From a virus (taxonomy: Duplodnaviria; Caudoviricetes), in IMG/VR virus record IMGVR_UViG_3300020044_001378, positions 1-35,441 of that record: a stretch of DNA of 35,441 nt; one strand, 5' to 3'. A program made the position numbers and the translations under genes. Under the pieces are notes generated by a model. The model was given only the letters and a program-made list of their open reading frames with translations. It did no database searches and was not told the origin of the DNA. Position 1 is the first letter of the stretch. The number at the start of each line of letters is the position of its first letter. Positions 1 through 9,849 of this stretch are shown one piece after another.

Positions 1-1
1 A

Positions 2-169
2 GGTGGAAAAAATGTTGCACCTATCTACAAGCCATTGCAAGGCGGTATGATGGGTCCAGCAAAAATTCAAGGACCTCAACTTCCTAAAAAGAAAAAGCCA
101 TCTACAATAAGTAAAATTAAGAAGGCTATTAAAGACGAACTCTTTAGAGAAACACACGACACTCTGTAA
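2..169 (+). CDS. 3' end of a hypothetical basic protein (truncated at window edge)
   Basis: Frame open from nt 2 (GGKNVAPIYKPLQGGMMGPAKIQGPQLPKKKKP...THDTL), TAA at 167-169; not in the ORF track. Confidence 0.6.
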   Translation, partial: GGKNVAPIYKPLQGGMMGPAKIQGPQLPKKKKPSTISKIKKAIKDELFRETHDTL

Positions 170-210
170 AACAGAGTTGTTAATAATTGTAAATCTACGT
201 TAGGACAACA

Positions 211-1989
211 ATGGCATTATCAATGGAACAGGTGGCAGCGCGTGTAGAATCTTTGCGCTACCGTAATAGCGAGAGAGATGCTCGCAACCTTGACGTCCTT
301 GCTGTCCGTAAAGGTCAAATCTCACAGGTTTACCCTGACTTCTTTCCAGATGGCGTAGATGCCAACGTAGTTGCTAACTTCATTGATGTTGTGGCACGTG
401 ACCTTTCAGAGGTTATGGCACCACTACCAGCGGTCAACTGCTCTGCAGCCAACGCTGTCAACGACAGAGCGCGTGCCTTTGCAGACAAGCGCACTCGAAT
501 TGCATCAAATTATTTTTCACATTCTGACCTATCAGTACAAATGTACTCAGGTGCAGATTGGTATATTACATATGGTTTCGTTCCGTTCATTATTGAATTG
601 GACGAAGAAGCAAAGATGCCGCGTATCCGCATAGAAAACCCGATAGGTTCCTATCCAGAGTTTGACCGCTATGGACGCTGTGTGGCATTTGCTAAGAGAT
701 ACCTGATGACATTGGGCGAACTCGTTACTCAGTTTCCAGAGTTTGAAAGAGAATTGCTTGGTGGTCAAGGCTACAAGCAAGACCTTAATAACGAGGTTGA
801 GTTAATTCGCTACTATGACAAAGACCAGTCAATCATCTACTTACCAACACGTCAAGACCTAGTTCTATCAAAGGTTAAAAACCCAATGGGTAAGATGATG
901 GTTGTTGTTGCACGTAAGCCATCTGTTGATGGTGAACTACGTGGACAATTTGATGACGTCTTGGGTATTCAGTTACTACGCAATCGCTTTGCATTGCTTG
1001 CAATGGAAGCAGCAGAGAAATCTGTTCAGGCTCCTATCGTACTTCCACAGGATGTACAGGAACTACAACTTGGTGGAGACGCAGTTATCCGTACTGCAAA
1101 CCCAGCAGGTGTACGCCGCGTAGAACTCACACTTCCCCAAGGTGCATTTACTGAGCAGACATTACTTAACCAAGAACTTCGTGTTGGTACTCGTTACCCT
1201 GAATCACGTACAGGTAACATTGATGCCTCTATCGTCACTGGACAAGGCGTACAGGCACTTATGGGTGCATTTGATACCCAGGTTAAGTCTGCTCAAGCAA
1301 TCTTTGCAGCGGCACTACGCGACATCATCAGCCTTTGCTTTGAGGTTGATGAGCGTATGTATCCAGAAGAAAAAACAATTCGCGGAGTAGATTCAGGTTC
1401 TCCATATGAAATCACATACAAGCCAGCCAAAGACATCAAGGGTGACTATTCTGCTGATGTTCGCTACGGTATGCTTGCTGGTCTTAACCCAGCGCAAGGT
1501 CTTATCTTTATGCTTCAAGCACTTGGAGGAAAACTCATCAGCCGAGATATGGCTATGAGAGAACTTCCATTTACTGTGAACGTAACACAAGAACTTGAGA
1601 AGATTGAAATTGAAGATATGCGTGCCGCATTACTTGGTTCGCTTACTGCCTACACACAAGCCATCCCACAGATGGCAACACAAGGTCAGGATGCTTCAGA
1701 AGTAGTACGTAAGATTGCTGCGGTTATCAAGGCTCGTCAAAAGGGTCAAGCACTAGAAGACGCAATTGAAGCCACATTCGCTCCGCAGCAGCAAGTTCCT
1801 CCTGCTGGGGCACCAGAAATGGTTGAGCAAATGTCCCCTGCTCCCGAAGGCGTTCCAGCAGGAGGCGCTATTGCTCCAGAAGGTCAACCTATAGAAGGCG
1901 CACCAGCCCCTGATATCCAAACAATTCTTGCAAGTTTAAGCGCTTCAGGAAAAGCAGGCGGAAGAGTAACAACAAGAGTTAGTCAGTAA
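211..1989 (+). CDS. Phage portal (head-to-tail connector) protein
   Basis: 592 aa, first gene of the head module; portal-like features (ANVVANFIDVVARDL, YITYGFVPF, RIRIENP, TGQGVQAL) and a Pro/Gln-rich disordered C-terminus. Confidence 0.85.
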   Translation: MALSMEQVAARVESLRYRNSERDARNLDVLAVRKGQISQVYPDFFPDGVDANVVANFIDVVARDLSEVMAPLPAVNCSAANAVNDRARAFADKRTRIASNYFSHSDLSVQMYSGADWYITYGFVPFIIELDEEAKMPRIRIENPIGSYPEFDRYGRCVAFAKRYLMTLGELVTQFPEFERELLGGQGYKQDLNNEVELIRYYDKDQSIIYLPTRQDLVLSKVKNPMGKMMVVVARKPSVDGELRGQFDDVLGIQLLRNRFALLAMEAAEKSVQAPIVLPQDVQELQLGGDAVIRTANPAGVRRVELTLPQGAFTEQTLLNQELRVGTRYPESRTGNIDASIVTGQGVQALMGAFDTQVKSAQAIFAAALRDIISLCFEVDERMYPEEKTIRGVDSGSPYEITYKPAKDIKGDYSADVRYGMLAGLNPAQGLIFMLQALGGKLISRDMAMRELPFTVNVTQELEKIEIEDMRAALLGSLTAYTQAIPQMATQGQDASEVVRKIAAVIKARQKGQALEDAIEATFAPQQQVPPAGAPEMVEQMSPAPEGVPAGGAIAPEGQPIEGAPAPDIQTILASLSASGKAGGRVTTRVSQ

Positions 1990-2006
1990 AAAACAAAGGG
2001 GACGTA

Positions 2007-2543
2007 ATGACAACGATTATTGGCGTTGAGTACGCAAATCGCTGCGTTGTTCTTGGCGATTCTCGCGTTGTAGGTGACTCAAAGATTTACTCTCATCCAG
2101 ATATGGTTAAAGTTGTAACTAACGGAAACTTTATTATTGGAGCAGCAGGAGATGTACGAGCATTGCAAGTTATCTTGCATACTTGGAAGCCACCTGTGGC
2201 AGTTGCTAAAGATAAAGATAACCTTTTTCAGTTTATGATTAGTAAGGTTGTTCCATCTCTTAAAAAGCAACTAAATGATTATGGTCTTTTAGATACAAAG
2301 TCACCAGATAAAGATTTTGAATTGTATGTGCTAATAGCATACAATGGTAGTATCTTTGAGATTGATAGTGACTTTGCAGTCTCTCGTAGCGAATCAGGCT
2401 ACTACGGAATAGGCACTGGTGGCGATTACGCACTAGGTGCACTCTATGCAGGTGCTACACCTGAGCAAGCAGCATCTATCGCTGCACTTAATGATAGCAA
2501 AACAGCGGAACCATTTATTACAGAAACTCAGTTAAAGAAATGA
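2007..2543 (+). CDS. Ntn-hydrolase, HslV/proteasome beta-subunit-like threonine protease
   Basis: M-T-T-I-I-G N-terminus (Thr1 nucleophile after Met removal), GDSR, conserved Lys in MVKVV, GAAGD, GIGTGGDYALGAL matching the GSG motif. Confidence 0.8.
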   Translation: MTTIIGVEYANRCVVLGDSRVVGDSKIYSHPDMVKVVTNGNFIIGAAGDVRALQVILHTWKPPVAVAKDKDNLFQFMISKVVPSLKKQLNDYGLLDTKSPDKDFELYVLIAYNGSIFEIDSDFAVSRSESGYYGIGTGGDYALGALYAGATPEQAASIAALNDSKTAEPFITETQLKK

Positions 2544-2794
2544 GTGCTGAATTCCGCGAAGCAATTGAAGACGCATTGCGACTTCTTGTAGATACAGACA
2601 ACACAGGTAAGAACTACATCGCATCAGGTTGGGTTTTAATATCCGAATGGGCAGATTACGAAGGCAACCGCTTTCTTCATACAGAAGTTAGCGAAGCAAT
2701 GACTCCTTGGAATGCAGCAGGAATGATGCGTTTAGCCGAAGAGTACAACAGTGAACTTGAAGATACTTTCTTAGAAGAAGAGGATGACCAGTGA
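2540..2794 (+). CDS. Hypothetical acidic protein
   Basis: 84 aa; ATGA overlap with the upstream gene and GTGA overlap with the downstream gene. Confidence 0.7.
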   Translation: MSAEFREAIEDALRLLVDTDNTGKNYIASGWVLISEWADYEGNRFLHTEVSEAMTPWNAAGMMRLAEEYNSELEDTFLEEEDDQ

Positions 2795-3234
2795 CTACAG
2801 CACCTGAGAATAGAGGCGGACTCCGCCCCACTGCACCTCAAAACAATCCTGCAAATGTTTCAGGTACAGGTGGAGCAGGACAAAAAGGAACTCAACCAGC
2901 ACGCTATATTGCTGGACTTCCATACGGTCAAGGTCAAGCAACAATGAGTCAGCAAACCGCTGCTCCTATGGCTGGTAATCCAAATGTTTCAGCAGGTCCA
3001 GCAAGCGGAGATATGGGAGCAATGCTCTCTCCGATTACACCTCTTAGTGCCCCTACAGAGCGCCCAGACGAGCCATTAACATCTGGTATGGACTTTGGTG
3101 CAGGTCCTGGTTCAGAAGCCCTTGCATTGCCGCAGGAGCGTAGCCTTTCACAAATTCTTGCTTCTATGTTAGAGGCTGACCCAACAGGAGATGTCAGAGA
3201 CTTATACGACTTTGTTGTATCAAGAGGTCTTTAA
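2791..3234 (+). CDS. Hypothetical Gly/Pro-rich virion-associated protein (possible small ejection protein)
   Basis: 147 aa, low complexity, coupled by TAATG to the 1764-aa gene. Confidence 0.6.
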   Translation: MTTAPENRGGLRPTAPQNNPANVSGTGGAGQKGTQPARYIAGLPYGQGQATMSQQTAAPMAGNPNVSAGPASGDMGAMLSPITPLSAPTERPDEPLTSGMDFGAGPGSEALALPQERSLSQILASMLEADPTGDVRDLYDFVVSRGL

Positions 3235-6200
3235 TGTCTAAAAACATAACTACAGTAGCGACGTTATCACCTGGTGTAGCAACAGCGGCTTTGTCTTCTG
3301 GTGCAACAAAGAATGAAATTAATCGTCTTGCTGGTTTAGTTGAGATTACTAACCTACATAAGACTCTATCTACCTTGCCACAGAATGAGGCATATAACAG
3401 ATACCAGAGTCTTCCTGATGCAACTCAAGATGCTTTGTCATCTATGTTTAATCCTAAGTACCTAAAGCAAGATAAAGGATTTTTTAGCAACCTTTTAGGT
3501 AACATCAAGAGCGCTGTTTGGTACGGTGGCGGTACAACAAAAGATTTAATTAAGCAAGTTGTATCTTTAAGCCCAGGCAAGATTGATACAACAATCCTTA
3601 AAGCAGCATTTGCAACTGGAAAGACTATTCTAGAAACAGAACCAGTTAAGACTCCTGTTGGCAAGGTTGCTGCTGCACTTGTTCGTCCACAAGAAAAACT
3701 TATCAAACAACCTTACACTGCACAAAAACTTGCAGAAGAAGAAGGCATTGACTCCTTTGGAGTTTATGGAAGATTCTTGCTTGAGGGTGCAAAAGAGTTG
3801 CTGCCTGGCGGACGCGATGCTCGCAGCACTGACAATGCAACAAACTTTATGAAGTATTGGGAACAGGCTTCCGACAAGGAAAATGTTTACGACAACTCTG
3901 AAGTTGCAAAAATTGACACAATGTTTACTCCAGATGTTCAAGCAGTCGGTAAGTTGCTTGCAAGTAGAAAAGATATTGTTGACGCTTTTGACACATACTC
4001 AGATAACCCAGCGATAGTTTCACTTATTGCTCGCTATACATCTGGTGATGAAGAGGCTAATAAACTTATTGGCGAAGCAGTTGCACGATACTCTAAGGCT
4101 AAGATTAGCCCAGGAAGAGATATCACCCGTTCTTTAGTTGAACTGTTTCCATACGCTGCAGAGCGTGCAATTCTTGGTGACGGTGCTGCGTCAAAATTCT
4201 TTAACACCATTTCAGGCGGTATTGACCTTACCGTAACATTCGGCTTAGACCCATTGATTCTTGGTGGTAAGGCGAAGCGTAGCGTCGATGCTGCGCGTTT
4301 TGGTTTGATTAAACTTGGAGTAGATAGCAACGACCTGCAAAAGGCTTGGCAGCGTGGTGATGTACAGGGATACTGGAACAGAGTTGGAAAGTTATTAGAT
4401 GATTTCCGTAGCGATGATTTCCAAAAGTCAGGCGCAGCCCTTACTCGTATACAAGATAGATACAAAGAACTCTCATACGATGTAATTGATGACCTCGCTA
4501 AAGCGGGAGTTCGTGATGCTGAATCAGCACTGAATTATTTTACAGATGGAAAGATAATCAGCGCATTGATGCGCGGTGATGTTGCCTATTCTCGCACACC
4601 ACTTATCCCTCGTTACACTGTAACTCGCAAGATTAAAGACTCAGTTAAGGATGTTTTTTCTTCCTTATTGGGAACCACTCGCTTCGAAAACACAGCACAG
4701 GGTCTTACTACAGTAGATGAATTTGCAAGACTAATCGATGCAAACCCACTTGCTTGGGCTAACAAGGTTGGTGTTGAAGAACTCCGTCGAGTTGAAGGTC
4801 CTGGTGGCGTTGAAGTTGTTCAGTACACTCCACGCGACTTAAGAGTATCTGCAAGAATTGACAGAGTTGTAAAACAATTCAGCATTGCTCCTTCTATGGA
4901 GCGCATTATTAGCATTAGCGATGACAGCAGTGCTAATCAGGTTTACAGACTTGTTCGTGCAACTGGCGTATCTAAGCGCGGTGCATCTGATTTCCGTGGT
5001 GCTTGGATTAAGGCTGATGAAGGTCAGCGCTTAATTATGTACAAGGGTCTTCTAAAGACAATTGGCTACGGTATGGGTCTTGACCATACTGAAGAGGGTC
5101 TAAAGATTCTTTCAAGTATTGATGATTTCTCTACTGAACTTTACTCAGTTAACCAGAGTGCACTTGATTTAGGTGACTTGGCTGCTGCTATTGGAACAGT
5201 ATCTACAAAGGGTGGACAGGTTCCATCTGGAGTTCGTAGAATTGTTCAGGAAGCAACAGATACACTTACTGCAGAGGGCAAGGCTAATCGCCTTCTTGCC
5301 TCAGTTGGTAAGGAAATGAATGACCTTGCAGAGCAACTCAGAGTACTTCGCACAGCAAAGAGCGATGCAAAAAAGGCTGGCGAACTAGAACTCGTTGAAG
5401 CACTAGATGAGCAACTAAAGATTATTGGTGGACGATTCTTTAAGGTTAAGAAGTCCTACTTACAACTCAAGAAGACATCTGGCAAAGTTGAAGATGAGTT
5501 GAGTGTTGCTCGACTTGAAGAAATCGAAGCAGAAAATGCACTTGACCTTGGTAGATTTAATGCCGCTGAGATGAATGGACAACAGTTTGCTGTCCGTCAG
5601 TACCAACTGAACCAGTCTCGCGCTCTACCTCAACTAGATGAATGGCGCAGATTTGCTGCACGCTCTGGTGTAACCAAGGCAATTATGGGCAAAGTTAGTG
5701 ATTCTTACACTGCTCGCGTCGTAACAGATGCTTGGTCTTTCGGTAACCTTTATCCACGCCTTGGTATCCGTACTACCATTGAAGAAGTTGGAATGTACGG
5801 AATTATTGCTGGTTCCGAAGGGTTTGGTAACTACCTCAGGGGACGCATTATGTCCCGCGAGATTCGCGCAGCCCGTCTGCCTGGTAGAAAAACTACAATT
5901 ATTGGTCAAAGAGAAGTTGAAACTCCAAATCTTGGAATCATTTACAACAATCTTTACAAGATTACACGCAAGCATTACTCAAGAGATGAGTTAATTGCTA
6001 TGGCGGATGACCCAGAAGCGCTAGGTATTGCGGTTGCTAATGCAGTAATTAAGAACCGCTTTAAGCCTTCTTTGTTTGAGACCGCAGCAGGTGCTCGCTT
6101 GGCTGACTATACTCAAGATTTTGCACGCTTTAACGGCAAGTCAGTTCTTGATGACATCAATGGCTCATCTTATCGCGCAGAGCGCACAGTTTCAGAGGTT

Positions 6201-8528
6201 GAAGAGACAGCAAATAGCCTAAGGCAGTTTGGTCCATCAATTGCATACAATCTAGATATTGTAGAGTCAATGAAGGGTCTAAAGTTTGGCAAGGAATTTA
6301 CAGAAATTGGTGCAACCAGTGACAAGTTCCTACTTAGTTGGTTCTTTGAACTCAATAACACAGTAGGTGCTCGTAACGGACAATTCGGAAATATCGTTTT
6401 GTGGAATGTAAACAAAAACGAAGACACAGTTGTTAACCTACTTCGTGAATATATCGATGGACCTGGAAATGAACTTGCAAAAAAGTTTGCTATTTACGCA
6501 TCAGAAGGTTCAGAGGGTCTAGCACGTAGAATTTACGCAGATAGTACTTACGCACTTCGTGATTCTTCAGGTCGCATAAACAAGAAGTTGGTTCAGGCTA
6601 TCCGTGACAAGGGTGGTATGCAAAACTTTACGCTAGATGACCTAGTAAAGTACGATGTTGACTGGGCACGTCCTCGCGCTATTCTTGGAAAAGAAATTAT
6701 TCCACTAGGAGCAGGAAATCCTGAGCAAGCGATTTACAGAGTTATTAATAATGGCTATGGTTGGGTAGGAAAGCAAATTGCTCTGCTAGACAGAGAGCCA
6801 ATTACGCTTGGAAACTATGTAATGTTCCGTGATGACCTACGACCATATCAAGAATTAATCAAAAGAAACGCTTTAGCGGCAGGTGCTAGTGACGAGACTG
6901 CTGAAGCAATGGCAAGATTGGCTGCACACGACACAGCGCTAGATGCAGCCCGTACAAGAACTCTCGGATATGTCGATAACTCAGATGTTCGTACAAACCT
7001 TGCTTTCAATCTTCGCACATTTGGTCGTTATTACAGAGCAACCGAAGACTTCTACCGTCGCGTAGCAAGAATTGGTAAGTATGAGAAGCGTGCACTTGTG
7101 CGTCTTGCGATTGCTAACCAGTCTTTCGAGAACTCAGGCTTTGTGCACACAGATGACAAGGGCGAGTTGTACTTTACCTACCCAGGAGATGACATTCTCA
7201 ATGTCGTTCTAGGCGAAACTCTACTTAGAGCATTCGGTATGGGTGGCTCACAGCCACTACCAATTAACTTTGGTGGTAAAGTCAAGATGCTTACGCCATC
7301 ACTTGACCCACAGTCGGCAGCACCTCGTCTTGGTGGACCTTTAGTATCGCTTTCTTTTGCACTGTTTGAAAACCTTCCATATATTGGACAATATATTAAG
7401 GGTGCAGAGGGAGTTGTCACTGGTTCATACAATGTTGATGCCCCACTATGGCGTAAGTTGTTACCTGCTAACGCTCAACGCCTAGGAGATATCTTCTACG
7501 GTGGTTCTGCAACAGCAGACTACCGATTCTCTGCAATCATCCAGGCTATGAAGATGAACATTGCTAACGGCAATGGACCTACTAAGCCATCTGATATTGA
7601 TAAGTTCTTAAGAGATGCAACTATCCAAGGAATCAACGTACAGGCTATCCGCTTTGTAACTGGGCTAGGTGCACCAGCATCTGTTCAGTTGTTTGCTAAC
7701 AAAGACGTCCCTAAGGACCTTATTAACGCTGGAGTATTTACTTGGGACTCAGAATTCCAGAAGTTTATCAAGCGTCACGAAGGTGACCCAAAGGCTTTCT
7801 CTAAAGCATTGGTTGAATTTGCTAAAATCTACCCATCTAAACTGGTATTTACTGTGGCAAAGACAACTGCTGGAACAGAGGCTAACTTCCAAAAGACATA
7901 TGAAGCAGCAGACTTTGTAAAGAAGAATAAAGAACTTTTGCTTGAGCATAAGCAGGGTGCATCATTCTTTATTCCAATTAGTGGTACAAATGACTACGAA
8001 TCTTATGCATATCTAAAGGCTCAGGGATTTGTTAAGAACAAGACCCTAGAAGACTTCCTAATGGAGGCTTCTACAGCCGATGCACGTAAGAAGTACTACG
8101 AAATATCTGACAGTTACAACGAGAAGATTGCTAACGCAAAGAACCCTGTTGAAAAAAGAGGGCTACGGACATCCCTTACAAATGCACAGAATGCTTTAAA
8201 GGTTGCTTATCCTCTACTCAAGACATACTTGGGAACACAAGAAGGAACAAAGCAACCTAAGCAGGATGCACTAGATGACCTACGTAACCTTATCTATTCT
8301 AACAAGGCACCTAACGCTGAGTTATCTAAGGTGTTCTCAGCAATGATTGGTGTCTATGATGCTGGTCAAACAAACCTACGCAGCAATCAAGGCTCAACTG
8401 CGATTGCTGAATTCCGTAGAAAAGAAATTAGAGCAGACCTTAAAGATACATTAGTAACAATTGCGAAAGATAATCCAAATGCACAGGCTCTTTATTGGAC
8501 TATCTTCGACCCATTGATTGGAGAATAA
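3234..8528 (+). CDS. Large putative internal virion / DNA ejection protein
   Basis: 1764 aa, helical-looking, in the structural module of a genome with no tape measure; analogy to T7 gp16-type proteins is by size and context only. Confidence 0.6.
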   Translation: MSKNITTVATLSPGVATAALSSGATKNEINRLAGLVEITNLHKTLSTLPQNEAYNRYQSLPDATQDALSSMFNPKYLKQDKGFFSNLLGNIKSAVWYGGGTTKDLIKQVVSLSPGKIDTTILKAAFATGKTILETEPVKTPVGKVAAALVRPQEKLIKQPYTAQKLAEEEGIDSFGVYGRFLLEGAKELLPGGRDARSTDNATNFMKYWEQASDKENVYDNSEVAKIDTMFTPDVQAVGKLLASRKDIVDAFDTYSDNPAIVSLIARYTSGDEEANKLIGEAVARYSKAKISPGRDITRSLVELFPYAAERAILGDGAASKFFNTISGGIDLTVTFGLDPLILGGKAKRSVDAARFGLIKLGVDSNDLQKAWQRGDVQGYWNRVGKLLDDFRSDDFQKSGAALTRIQDRYKELSYDVIDDLAKAGVRDAESALNYFTDGKIISALMRGDVAYSRTPLIPRYTVTRKIKDSVKDVFSSLLGTTRFENTAQGLTTVDEFARLIDANPLAWANKVGVEELRRVEGPGGVEVVQYTPRDLRVSARIDRVVKQFSIAPSMERIISISDDSSANQVYRLVRATGVSKRGASDFRGAWIKADEGQRLIMYKGLLKTIGYGMGLDHTEEGLKILSSIDDFSTELYSVNQSALDLGDLAAAIGTVSTKGGQVPSGVRRIVQEATDTLTAEGKANRLLASVGKEMNDLAEQLRVLRTAKSDAKKAGELELVEALDEQLKIIGGRFFKVKKSYLQLKKTSGKVEDELSVARLEEIEAENALDLGRFNAAEMNGQQFAVRQYQLNQSRALPQLDEWRRFAARSGVTKAIMGKVSDSYTARVVTDAWSFGNLYPRLGIRTTIEEVGMYGIIAGSEGFGNYLRGRIMSREIRAARLPGRKTTIIGQREVETPNLGIIYNNLYKITRKHYSRDELIAMADDPEALGIAVANAVIKNRFKPSLFETAAGARLADYTQDFARFNGKSVLDDINGSSYRAERTVSEVEETANSLRQFGPSIAYNLDIVESMKGLKFGKEFTEIGATSDKFLLSWFFELNNTVGARNGQFGNIVLWNVNKNEDTVVNLLREYIDGPGNELAKKFAIYASEGSEGLARRIYADSTYALRDSSGRINKKLVQAIRDKGGMQNFTLDDLVKYDVDWARPRAILGKEIIPLGAGNPEQAIYRVINNGYGWVGKQIALLDREPITLGNYVMFRDDLRPYQELIKRNALAAGASDETAEAMARLAAHDTALDAARTRTLGYVDNSDVRTNLAFNLRTFGRYYRATEDFYRRVARIGKYEKRALVRLAIANQSFENSGFVHTDDKGELYFTYPGDDILNVVLGETLLRAFGMGGSQPLPINFGGKVKMLTPSLDPQSAAPRLGGPLVSLSFALFENLPYIGQYIKGAEGVVTGSYNVDAPLWRKLLPANAQRLGDIFYGGSATADYRFSAIIQAMKMNIANGNGPTKPSDIDKFLRDATIQGINVQAIRFVTGLGAPASVQLFANKDVPKDLINAGVFTWDSEFQKFIKRHEGDPKAFSKALVEFAKIYPSKLVFTVAKTTAGTEANFQKTYEAADFVKKNKELLLEHKQGASFFIPISGTNDYESYAYLKAQGFVKNKTLEDFLMEASTADARKKYYEISDSYNEKIANAKNPVEKRGLRTSLTNAQNALKVAYPLLKTYLGTQEGTKQPKQDALDDLRNLIYSNKAPNAELSKVFSAMIGVYDAGQTNLRSNQGSTAIAEFRRKEIRADLKDTLVTIAKDNPNAQALYWTIFDPLIGE

Positions 8529-9849
8529 GTTGGGCAAATACGAAGATAAGGATGGCGACGGCTACGTAGCCTGGTATCCAGACCCTAAAAAGCCTAATGA
8601 AGCACCAGGTGCTGGGGTTGACAAATCTGTAATTGATACTAACGACGCTGACGCATCTGTAAACATAGTCTCATCTGGGGCATCTTCTGGTGGTTCAACA
8701 TCAGGTCAGTACACTGCTGGCGTATATCCAATCTATATTCCTGGAACACCTGACAGAACAACACAGAAGTATGTTGGTTCAGAACTAAAGACTGTAACAG
8801 TACCTGGAACTCCAGGAAGAGTTGAGTACTTAGACCGCAATGGTATTAAGCAATGGCTTAATAAGAATCTTAACTCTGCAACTATTAAGCGTTACCAGAC
8901 AACCCTTAAGAGTCTTGGTTTGCTACCAAAGAACTATGTTGTTAATGGAAAGATTGACCTCAAAGGTCAGTTTGCTGGCGCAATCATACGAGTTATTCAA
9001 AACCAACAGGAACGTGGCGTTGATGCTGAGACATTGGATGAGGGAATTACATACCTTAAGTCAGAGTACGCAGGTTCTGCTGCTGCTGACGTTGAGGCGA
9101 AACTTCCTAGTGCAAACGTAACATCTTCTGCATCAGCATTGGCTGACATCCAGGAAGAGTTTTCAACTGTATTTGGTGAGGCTGCTCCTAAAGAAGTTAT
9201 CAATGCCTACCGCGAAGAGTTAAAGAAACTTGAACTATCTCGTACAACCAAGACCACCAAGATAGGTGGAGTTAAAGTTGGTACATACGGGGTATCAGAA
9301 CAAGAGCGCACTAACTTGATGGAGAAATACATCAAGCAATATGCTGCATCAAAGATTGCTAAGGCTGAGTTGGGTGACAAGGATGCTATTAATTCTTTAC
9401 AGAGGGGAACCTTTGGCTTAGCATTAACAAACCTTCGTGGGGCGTATGCTGATAATGGTCTTAAGATTACACCTGATTCTCTATACAAGACAGCATTAGA
9501 CTCAGCACTTGACCCTAACAAGTTAAAGTCAAACCTTGACCTTATCCGTATTCAGGCTAAGACAATCTTCCCAGCGCTATCTGACAAGATAGATGCAGGG
9601 TACACAGTCAAGCAATTGCTAAGTCCATACCTTCAGGCTAGAGCAACTATCCTAGAAGAAGACCCAGACCTTATTGATATCTCTACATTAAGTGACATCG
9701 CAGGTGATTCAACAAAGGGTCTTAAGAGTTTATACGATTATCAGATTTCATTAAGAAATGACCCCAAGTGGTCATACACAAAGAATGCTCAGGACTCACT
9801 ATCAACTGCAGCACTTAACCTTGCTGAGACTTTTGGATTGGTTGGATAA
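8518..9849 (+). CDS. Putative internal virion protein with a peptidoglycan-binding-like segment
   Basis: 443 aa; TIKRYQTTLKSLGLL...VNGKID resembles the PG-binding helix motif; exact start uncertain. Confidence 0.5.
   Translation: MENKLGKYEDKDGDGYVAWYPDPKKPNEAPGAGVDKSVIDTNDADASVNIVSSGASSGGSTSGQYTAGVYPIYIPGTPDRTTQKYVGSELKTVTVPGTPGRVEYLDRNGIKQWLNKNLNSATIKRYQTTLKSLGLLPKNYVVNGKIDLKGQFAGAIIRVIQNQQERGVDAETLDEGITYLKSEYAGSAAADVEAKLPSANVTSSASALADIQEEFSTVFGEAAPKEVINAYREELKKLELSRTTKTTKIGGVKVGTYGVSEQERTNLMEKYIKQYAASKIAKAELGDKDAINSLQRGTFGLALTNLRGAYADNGLKITPDSLYKTALDSALDPNKLKSNLDLIRIQAKTIFPALSDKIDAGYTVKQLLSPYLQARATILEEDPDLIDISTLSDIAGDSTKGLKSLYDYQISLRNDPKWSYTKNAQDSLSTAALNLAETFGLVG

Noticed and set aside
3234-8528. 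Virion RNA polymerase (N4- or crAss-like), suggested by its size and the GAA-triloop hairpin
   Set aside because: No DxDGD/DFDxD or convincing T7-type polymerase motif set found by eye; only a structural search could revive the idea.
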